Under the pieces are notes generated by a model. That model saw nothing but the letters and a program-made list of their open reading frames with translations. It was not told where the DNA came from and ran no database searches. 64,000 nt of DNA from Alphaproteobacteria bacterium (GTDB lineage Bacteria > Pseudomonadota > Alphaproteobacteria > MPNO01): contig OZ219866.1 of the NCBI GenBank assembly GCA_964291675.2, positions 704,001-768,000 on the forward strand, read 5' to 3'. The stretch's first letter is position 1, and each line of letters begins with the position of its first letter. A program made the position numbers and the translations under genes. Positions 9,179-16,546 of the stretch are shown piece after piece.

Positions 9179-9721
9179 CTACCTGCCGCCGAAGGTCATG
9201 CGGCGGATGACGTCATGGCCGTCGATCCAGCGGTGCTTGAAGGCCGCGGCGACGTGGCCGGCGGCGACCGCCAGCATGCCGTAAGCGAGCCACATGTGGA
9301 CGTCCGTGGACAGTTCCTGGAGCGCCTCCCCGGTCTCCGGGAAGATCCGGGGCATCTCGACGCCGAACCAATGCACGGCATGGCCGCCGAAATTGGTCTC
9401 CGCCCAGCCGGCGGCGATCACCAGCGCCGGAAGCGCGTAGAGCGCGGCATGGCCGAGATGCGCGGCGGTGCGTTCCATGCCCCGGATCGTCGCCGGCAGC
9501 GGCGGCGGCCGGTGTATGAGTCGGATCGCGATACGCAGGACGAGCAGGGCGAGCAGCGTCACCCCGACCGAGATGTGCAGGTCGAACAGGAACTCCTCCA
9601 GCGGGGAATCCTCCTCGACCAGCGTCGTCATCGCGTAGCCGCAGCCCCACATGAAGACGAAGCCAACGGCCATGATCCAGTGAAGGAGGCGGGCGTTCAG
9701 GTGGTATCTCTCGTCGGTCAT
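9179..9721 (-). CDS. Cytochrome b561
   Basis: RLLHW, LHISVG, H.ALY, DVH, GHVAAA; four TM segments. Confidence 0.88.
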   Translation of the reverse strand: MTDERYHLNARLLHWIMAVGFVFMWGCGYAMTTLVEEDSPLEEFLFDLHISVGVTLLALLVLRIAIRLIHRPPPLPATIRGMERTAAHLGHAALYALPALVIAAGWAETNFGGHAVHWFGVEMPRIFPETGEALQELSTDVHMWLAYGMLAVAAGHVAAAFKHRWIDGHDVIRRMTFGGR

Positions 9722-9891
9722 CGGCGTTGTTCTCTCTGTTCGGGGCGGGGCCCCGGGGTTTCCCGGCGCATGTCGGAGCCGGGGCGGCGCTTTGCAAGGC
9801 TCGGGCGGCTCGAATTCGCGATGTTCGGCAACGGCGGTCCGGTTCGGCGCTCCGCGCGCCGCCCGACGGCGCGCGGGACGCCGGGGCGGCG

Positions 9892-10383
9892 CTAGTCGTC
9901 GTCCCGCCCGTGCCGGTCGTCGTCATCGTCGTCCCAGCGGTCGCTCATCGAGAGGCCACCGTCGCGGTCGCGGTCGAGCCACTCGACGATATCGGCGAGC
10001 GGCCGGTCGTACTCGGCGCGGGTGACGACCGCGTCGCCGTCGGTATCCAGCGTCTGGAAGACGCGCACGGTGAGCGGGCGGGTGGTCTCGTGCCAGAGCC
10101 CGGCGAACTCCTCGAGGCTCAGATTGCCGTCGCCGTCGGCGTCGTGCGCCGCGTGGCGGTCGTTGCGCACCTTGTCGATCTCGGCCTGGGTGAGCTTGCC
10201 GTCGCCGTCGGCGTCGATGCTCTGGAACACCTCCATCGCCGAGACCGCGAGCTGCCCCTTGTCGAGAAAGCCCATGCCGTCGCCGCCGCCGCGGTGGCCG
10301 GCGTAGCTCGCGCCCGCCAGCGCCGTCCCGCCGAGGGCGGCGGCGATCGCGATGGCTGTCAGTGTCTTCGTCTTCGTTTTCAT
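9892..10383 (-). CDS. Exported EF-hand protein
   Basis: AGGAG RBS, signal peptide, loops DADGDGKLTQAE, DADGDGNLSLEE, DTDGDAVVTRAE, DRDRDGGLSMSD; acidic tail. Confidence 0.85.
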   Translation of the reverse strand: MKTKTKTLTAIAIAAALGGTALAGASYAGHRGGGDGMGFLDKGQLAVSAMEVFQSIDADGDGKLTQAEIDKVRNDRHAAHDADGDGNLSLEEFAGLWHETTRPLTVRVFQTLDTDGDAVVTRAEYDRPLADIVEWLDRDRDGGLSMSDRWDDDDDDRHGRDDD

Positions 10384-10568
10384 CGGTTGTCTCCTGCTTC
10401 GGTTCGTCCATCGGGTGTCGATGGATGACGGGAACATGGGCACCGGTTGTCGCAGAACCTTGCCGGGGGAGGGGCTGAAGTGTCGCGGGCGGTGGCGAGA
10501 AGACGGATTGACACATCCTGTTACAAACTTTTCGTGCGGCGTCCGGGCAGGCGCGTAAGCTCCCGCCC

Positions 10569-11288
10569 ATGGACGCCTCCCCGCACGTGCTGGTGGTCGA
10601 CGACCACCGCGAGATCCGCGAGCCGCTGGCGCGCTACCTGGAGCGCCACGAGCTGCGCGTGACGATGGCGGAGAGCGCGGCTGCGGCGCGCCGGGCGCTG
10701 AAGGCCGCGACGGTCGACCTCGTGGTGCTCGACATCATGATGCCGGGCGAGGACGGCCTCGCGCTTTGCCGGCACCTGCGCGAGACGACGCGCATCCCGG
10801 TCATCCTGCTGACCGCCATGGGCGAGGAGACGGACCGCATCGTGGGCCTGGAGGTGGGCGCCGACGACTACGTCGCCAAGCCGTTCAACCCCCGCGAGCT
10901 GCTGGCCCGCATCAAGGCGGTGATCCGCCGCGCGCGGAGCCTCCCGCCCGACCGGGAGCCGCTGCCGGCCGGGACCTGGCGGTTCGACCGCTGGTCGCTC
11001 GATACCGGGCGGCGCGAGCTGGTGGACGAAGAGGGGGTGGTGACGCCGCTGTCCGCGGGCGAGTTCCGGCTGCTGGCGGCGCTGCTGGAGCGTCCCGGCA
11101 TGGTGCTCTCGCGCGACCAGCTGCTCGACCTGACCCGGGGCCGGGGCGCGGCGCCCTTCGACCGCGCGGTCGACAACCAGGTGAGCCGGCTGCGGCGCAA
11201 GATCGAGCGCGACCCGAAGAACCCGGCGCTGATCGCCACGGTGTGGGGCGGCGGCTACCGGTTCGCCGGCAAGGTCGAGCGCGGATGA
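10569..11288 (+). CDS. OmpR-family response regulator
   Basis: VVDD, LDIMMPGEDG, GADDY..KPF, SRLRRKIE, TVWGGGY. Confidence 0.93.
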   Translation: MDASPHVLVVDDHREIREPLARYLERHELRVTMAESAAAARRALKAATVDLVVLDIMMPGEDGLALCRHLRETTRIPVILLTAMGEETDRIVGLEVGADDYVAKPFNPRELLARIKAVIRRARSLPPDREPLPAGTWRFDRWSLDTGRRELVDEEGVVTPLSAGEFRLLAALLERPGMVLSRDQLLDLTRGRGAAPFDRAVDNQVSRLRRKIERDPKNPALIATVWGGGYRFAGKVERG

Positions 11289-12676
11289 GGCTTGTCCCGA
11301 AGAGCCACGCCGGGCAGCTAACGCTGCTGCTCCTGCTCGCGCTCGCCGCGGCCCAGGGAGTCGCCGTCGCGCTGTTCGCCTGGGAGCGGATGGAGGCGCT
11401 GCGCGATGCGCACCGGGACGATGCTGTCCTGCGCACGGCGACGGTGGCGCGGCTGCTCGGCGACACCCCTCCCGCGCTGCATGCCTCGGTCATCGCGGCT
11501 GCGAGCGCGGACCTCGCGCGGTTCTCGCTGACCGCCGAGCCCGTGGTGGGCGAGACCGGCGCCGGTGAGCGCGCCGCCGCCATCGCCGGCGATCTCTCCG
11601 CCGCGCTTGGCGTCGGGCCGGAGCGGGTCCGCGTGGCGCCGCTCTGGACGCGGTTCCTCTACGGCGACGATGACGATGACGAAGACGATGACGACCACCA
11701 CCACGATGACGACGATGACGACCGCGACGAACCCGACTGGTTCACCGCGTCGGTGGCGCTGGCGGACGGGCGCTGGCTCAACGTCGCGGTGGGGCCGCCG
11801 CCCGGCGCGCCGGCCTGGGGTGCGGCGTTCGTGGCCGTCTTCCTGCTCTCGGCGCTGGGCATTGCGGGCGTGGCTGTGTTCGCCGGGAGGCGGATGGCGA
11901 AGCCGATGCGCGGCCTTGCGGCGGCGGCCGGGCGTTTCGGCCGGGGCGAGGCCGTGGAAGACCTGCCCGAGGCCGGGCCGGTCGAGACCCGGGAGACGGT
12001 GCGCGCGTTCAACCTGATGCGTGCACGGCTCGACCGCTACGTCCGCGACCGTACCGCCATGCTGGCCGCGGTCTCGCATGACCTGCGCACCCCGGTCACC
12101 AGCCTGCGCCTGCACGCGGAGTTCGTCGAGGACGCGGAGACGCGTGCGAAGATCCTCGCGGCGCTCGACGAGATGCAACGCATGACCGAGGACGCCCTCG
12201 CGTTCATCCGAGAAGACATGCAACGCGAGGAGACGCGGACCGTCGACCTGCATGCGCTCGTGGACAGCGTCGCCGCCGATCTCGCGGAGCTCGGGCGCGA
12301 CATCGCGGTCGCGGACTCTGGGCGGGCGCTTGCCGCCTGCCGGCCGGCGGCGCTGCGCCGGGCGCTGCGCAACCTGCTGGAGAACGCGGCCGCCTACGGC
12401 GGGCGGGCGACGGTGCGGATCGAGCGGGGCGAAGCGGATATCCGCGTCGTCGTCGAGGACGAGGGCCCCGGGATCCCGGAGGCGGATCTGGAGCGGGTGT
12501 TCGAGCCCTTCGTGCGGCTCGAAGCCTCGAGGAGCCGCGACACCGGGGGCACAGGCCTCGGGCTTGCCATCGCGCGCGGAATCGTGCGCGGCCACGGCGG
12601 CGACATCGTGCTCGCAAACCGCGCCGAAGGGGGACTGCGCGCGACGGTCGCGCTGCCAGGCGGCGGGGGAGCATGA
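11285..12676 (+). CDS. Sensor histidine kinase (2 TM, HAMP) with Asp/His tract
   Basis: ATGA coupling to the regulator; SHDLRTP, NLLENA, DEGPG, GTGLGL; DDDDDEDDDDHHHDDDDDD between the TMs. Confidence 0.9.
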   Translation: MRLVPKSHAGQLTLLLLLALAAAQGVAVALFAWERMEALRDAHRDDAVLRTATVARLLGDTPPALHASVIAAASADLARFSLTAEPVVGETGAGERAAAIAGDLSAALGVGPERVRVAPLWTRFLYGDDDDDEDDDDHHHDDDDDDRDEPDWFTASVALADGRWLNVAVGPPPGAPAWGAAFVAVFLLSALGIAGVAVFAGRRMAKPMRGLAAAAGRFGRGEAVEDLPEAGPVETRETVRAFNLMRARLDRYVRDRTAMLAAVSHDLRTPVTSLRLHAEFVEDAETRAKILAALDEMQRMTEDALAFIREDMQREETRTVDLHALVDSVAADLAELGRDIAVADSGRALAACRPAALRRALRNLLENAAAYGGRATVRIERGEADIRVVVEDEGPGIPEADLERVFEPFVRLEASRSRDTGGTGLGLAIARGIVRGHGGDIVLANRAEGGLRATVALPGGGGA

Positions 12677-12741
12677 AACGGGGGTTTGCAGCCACCAAAT
12701 CACCAGCACCACGGCCGCGACGATCACCATTCGGACCGAGT

Positions 12742-13296
12742 TTACTCTCCAACGGATGGCGCGGGCACCGAGCACCCCGAGGCATGGATCTCGCGCAACG
12801 CACGGACAACTGTCTTCATCTTCGCGGCGATGAGTCCCACGAAGTCGATGTCGTTCTGGAGCACCTTCGCATAGACGCGGTTCTGCTGGGCGGCCCGACC
12901 GAGAATGGTCATGAAGCGCCGGGCGAGCCTCTGGTCGGACGAGCTCGCCAGCGGAAGGATCTCGGCGTTGCGGATGCCCTTGATGCTCTCGAAACTGGTG
13001 TCGGCCAGCCGAAGCTGTACCTTGCGTCCGTCAACGAACTGACCGCTCAGGGTCAGCATGGTCTCGATCTCGGTCAAAGCGGGACTTATCGCCCGCGCGC
13101 ACGGTTCGGCCCGCACGGTGCCCGACCCTGCCGCGAGGCTGAAGATCAGCACCGCGATCGCGAACGCGGCAATGATCGCGATTCAGAACCATCCGCGGTG
13201 TTTCGGCCTGCGGCGTTCGGGCTCCAGAGACGGCGAGACATGGCGGGTGTCTTCGGTGGGGACGTCGCGCCGGTTCAACGGGGGCAGCTTCGTCAT
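12742..13296 (-). pseudogene. Membrane-anchored/exported hypothetical gene with internal TGA
   Basis: MTKLPP...RRRPKHRGWF*IAIIAAFAIAVLIFSLAAG... in one frame; TGA at 13183-13185. Confidence 0.5.
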
Positions 13297-13695
13297 CTCG
13301 GCCCCGGCAGGGACTCGACAGGCTTTTCCCAATCGTGGTTGTCGGGCCCAGACTTCGCTCGGTGCGGATTCTTCATGTTGCCCTCGTATGGCCACCAGCC
13401 CAGATACACCTCGAGGGTGACAAGCAGAGGGCTCTGCTCGGGCACACGTCACCCAGCCGCCCTATCACCGGCAGCTCGGCCGCGACCCACAGAATCAGCC
13501 AGGTGTATCCGGTGCCGTCCTCGGCGGGGCGGCCGCAGCGGGATTCTTCGGGGCCGTCGTTCATCGGATCAAGTCTCGCCGCCCCTGCCCCATGGATCCG
13601 GGTCATCCACGAGGCTGTACGTTCCATCGGCCCATCGCCGGAAATAGGGCCGGTGCCCCCCCTGGTTCCCGACGCGGTGCTTCGGCAGGAACGAT

Positions 13696-13770
13696 CGATA
13701 GGTGCTGTCGTTCCAGCCTGGGCAGGCGCACCTGACATCGGCGGCTTGGAAGCTGAATGACAGCCGACCT
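13696..13770. repeat. ~70-bp bulged hairpin downstream of cytochrome b561
   Basis: AGGTGCTGTCGTTCCAGC (13700-13717) pairs with GCTGAATGACAGCCGACCT (13752-13770) with unpaired bases; shares blocks with 1165-1184, 5806-5856 and 7003-7015. Confidence 0.6.
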
Positions 13771-13807
13771 TGATGGCGAGCCCGGCGGATATCGTCGACG
13801 AAACCGC

Positions 13808-14296
13808 TCATCGGGGCGAGAGCATTCGGCGCAGCACGTCCGTCTTCGCCCAGAAATGCTGGTAGAGCGCGCCGACGATGTGCAGGCCAACCACGATCAT
13901 GATCACGTTCTCGCCGATCGAGTGAATCTCGCGCATCGTCTCGAGGCCCAGCCACCACGCCAGCGCGCCGGTGACTGGCATCAGGAGGATCAGGGCGTAG
14001 AGCGCCACATGAACCGCATGCGCGGCCAGCTTCATCGGGTAGGGCTCGTTCTCGGGCAGCGGTGGCACGCCTCGCGTGAAGCGGAGATACAGGCGTGCGA
14101 GTGCAAGCACGAAGACGGCGATGCCAGCGGCGACGTGGAGGTCGGCAAGGAATTCACCGGTCGGACTCACCGCCTCGCCGTCGTGGAGATCGCCGATGCT
14201 CTCGTTCAGGAGGAACATCTGGAGAGCGACCAGCACTACCACCGTCCAGTGCAGCGCGATCTGGAGCCCGGAGTAGCCCCTTGGTGTTGCACTCAT
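13808..14296 (-). CDS. Cytochrome b561, paralog of 2497-2991
   Basis: About 70% identical, ungapped (by hand), to the 2497-2991 protein; His ligands conserved. Confidence 0.9.
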   Translation of the reverse strand: MSATPRGYSGLQIALHWTVVVLVALQMFLLNESIGDLHDGEAVSPTGEFLADLHVAAGIAVFVLALARLYLRFTRGVPPLPENEPYPMKLAAHAVHVALYALILLMPVTGALAWWLGLETMREIHSIGENVIMIVVGLHIVGALYQHFWAKTDVLRRMLSPR

Positions 14297-14464
14297 CGGA
14301 TCGTCGTTGCTCCGTTAGTCTTTGCCACGAACAGCGCCGCGGCAAGAACGTTCTCCGTCGCGGTCTCGAGCACCGTCCCGGGACGAAGCGGCGCCGTCGA
14401 TGGGAGGGTTTCCAGCAGCGGCGAGACGCGCGGGGCGAATTCGGTCAGGCCGGCCCTCATGGGA

Positions 14465-14551
14465 TCATCCGGCGAAGAACGCGGCGCGGATCAGGAGGGC
14501 GAGAGCCACGAGCAGGAGCCCGACGACCACCGCGATCGAGAAAAGCTCCAT
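14465..14551 (-). CDS. 28-aa single-TM small protein
   Basis: MELFSIAVVVGLLLVALALLIRAAFFAG*; nearly all third positions G/C. Confidence 0.45.
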   Translation of the reverse strand: MELFSIAVVVGLLLVALALLIRAAFFAG

Positions 14552-14619
14552 GCGGCTCTTCGGCCAGCCCCGAAATGCATCGCAGGGGTCGTCACGCCTG
14601 TGCCGGGGGGACCGCATTC

Positions 14620-14640
14620 AGATGGCTGATTCAGTCATCT
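14620..14640. promoter_or_regulatory. 21-bp palindrome, possible operator
   Basis: AGATGGCTGA-T-TCAGTCATCT, one mismatch, upstream of the minus-strand gene run. Confidence 0.35.
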
Positions 14641-14967
14641 CGGACCGGGCCTGGGCTCGAGCGACTCTTCGTTGAGCCCGGGCTCCTCGTCGCGCGGCGT
14701 CGATCCCGGCCGAAAATCTCTCGATTCGGTTGTCGGTGCATTCCGCCGGGCACGGCGTCGAAGGTGTGGGCCGCGGAGTGGGATCGGCGGATCTTCGATG
14801 TCGGCCGGCCCCGGACGCGGGTCGCCCTGCGCCTCCACGGGCCCGCCGCGAAGACGCCGCAATTCCGTGCCCGCAAGCGCGGCGTTCGGTCTCGCGAATT
14901 CCATATGTGTGCCTGCAATCCAATGGGCTGAACGAGGGCAGCGACGCTTACCCGGCGCGATCATGGA

Positions 14968-15058
14968 CAGCCCGTTGTGAGAGTGTCGTGAGCGAATCGA
15001 CGAATATCGTGTGCATCGCAGGGAATCCGCGAAGATTTCGTGAGCGGTGCGAGGGCCA
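14968..15058 (-). repeat. Diverged element, copy C
   Basis: Colinear blocks GCCC, TCGTGA, GTGTGCA, TTTCG.GAG..TGC..GGCCA shared with the reverse complement of 781-866; GTGTGCA to the end of GGCCA is 43 nt in both. Confidence 0.4.
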
Positions 15059-15231
15059 CACCCTTCCGTTGGAGCGGATGTCGCGCTGACTCTTAACTCT
15101 CTCGTGAAAAGGCGAAGGAAGCGTTCGCCATGGGCACCCGTGGCGGTTGTCGATATTGTCACTGTCAGTTGCGTGAACACGCCTCAGCCTGCAGTTACCG
15201 CAACTCGCCGGCGACGGCCTTCATTCTAGCG

Positions 15232-15790
15232 GTGAATACCGCCAACGTGCGTCCGCACGGCATGACGGGCGAGTGACCCGCCGACCGCTTTGAACGCGAC
15301 GAGCGCGCGGTGCTGCGGCCCTTGGCCAACAGCCCAACCGCCGTCTCAGCGTCAGGCGGGCTCTGGAGCCCGCACGGCGGCACTTCCCGGTGACCTCGAA
15401 GCTCGAGCGGCGACCGTTCAGCGTCTACGCTGAGGCACTGCAATGAAGGCTCCGGCGCCGAGCCGGCGCAACCGGCTGAGCGCCATGCTGGCCGACCTCA
15501 AGACGCCCGGCGTGCTCGAGGCCGTCGACGGCATCCTCTCCGAGGTCGACGGCGGCGCGATCTCGGCGGCCGAGGCCATCGAGCGGCTGCTCGGTGCCCA
15601 GATCGAGTTGTACAACAACCGCTGGCTCAAGGCCGCCAGGCGCTCTTCCAGGCTGCCCGCCGTGAAGACGCTGGCGCAGTCCGACTTCGCCCTCCAGCCC
15701 AGCATCAAGCGCGAACAGATCGAGAGCCTGCAAGAACTCGGCTTCGTCGATCGGCGCGAGAACGTGATTCTGCTCGGCCCGCCGGGTCCG
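15232..15790 (+). mobile_element. IS21-family remnant (istA 3' end and truncated istB)
   Basis: ANVRPHGMTGE*PADRFERDERAVL and ERRPFSVYAEALQ* (IstA-like), ATGA-coupled to IstB-like ...DFALQPSIKREQI...NVILLGPPG, cut at Walker A. Confidence 0.85.
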
Positions 15791-15815
15791 AGCACACAAG
15801 GCACACCTCGCTATG

Positions 15816-16165
15816 TTATTGAAAGTTCGGCTGTTGCTGGTTCGGATCGGCTGTTCGCGGGCCGACGTTACGCAGATCGGTGTCGTACAGCGCGTCCACC
15901 TGCGCCTCCGGGATCGTCCAAGGCGCTCCCTTGCACACCTACGCGGCCTCGATCGTGCCGTCCGAGATCGGGCGTATCACGGTGCTCTTGCTGATATCCA
16001 ACCGTTCGGCCGCTTCCGTCGGCGTCAGTTCGCCCCGATCGGCCATCTCGCCGGATCGGTAATCAGCCACATCGTGTCCGTTGCGGAGGCTGCCCACCCG
16101 CGCTCCGGCCCACGAGTTGCCTCGCCCGGTCTTCTTGCCGACACGGTTGAGCGTGCGCGCAATTC
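15816..16165 (-). pseudogene. C-terminal remnant of a large serine recombinase (HTH tail)
   Basis: IARTLNRVGKKTGRGNSW...ELTPTEAAERLDIS...IEAA*VCKGAPWTIP...QQPNFQ*; internal TAG at 15939-15941. Confidence 0.7.
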
Positions 16166-16191
16166 GGCACCGTTGACAAGACAGGCGACGC

Positions 16192-16276
16192 TTCTCGACA
16201 ATTCTTGCACGTAATTTGTGAATACTTTGTGTGCAATATGGCAGAAAGAGTGAGGGTTTGAGAGATAACACCAAGA
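16192..16276 (-). repeat. AT-rich diverged element, copy A
   Basis: Inverted relative to copy B; minus strand reads TCACT-N6-GCCAT-N5-ACACA-N6-TCACA (10-11 bp period). Confidence 0.6.
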
Positions 16277-16546
16277 CGTCCACGTTCGGTCCGCCCATTC
16301 GCGCCGGCACAATTCCGGCGTGGGCCGCCAGCCGAGTGACGACCGCGCCCTTCGGCTCGAATCGCCCGTTGCAATGAGGTATTCGCTGCCTAGTCGGAGA
16401 GAACGAATGTGTATCATGTGGCGCCCCAGAAGAGCCGCAATTCCGCGGGAATCACCTCGCGCCGAATCCGACCCCCGCGAGCGGACATCGCAACCTTCGG
16501 CAACCGGGCCCGACCAGCACGATTCATCGCGATCCTGGAGGGTTCC

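Noticed and set aside
9892-10383. Lanmodulin
   Set aside because: The EF loops lack the position-2 Pro typical of lanmodulin, and no xox/lanthanide uptake genes are nearby.
11666-11722. GAC/GAT/CAC repeat as a CRISPR or non-coding array
   Set aside because: It is an in-frame Asp/His coding tract; no repeat-spacer structure or cas genes were seen.
13183-13185. Selenocysteine readthrough of the in-frame TGA
   Set aside because: It lies at a TM boundary where Trp is expected; no redox motif or evident SECIS.
1163-13770. Canonical integron (intI/attC)
   Set aside because: No tyrosine integrase in the window, and the hairpins lack RYYYAAC...GTTRRRY ends.
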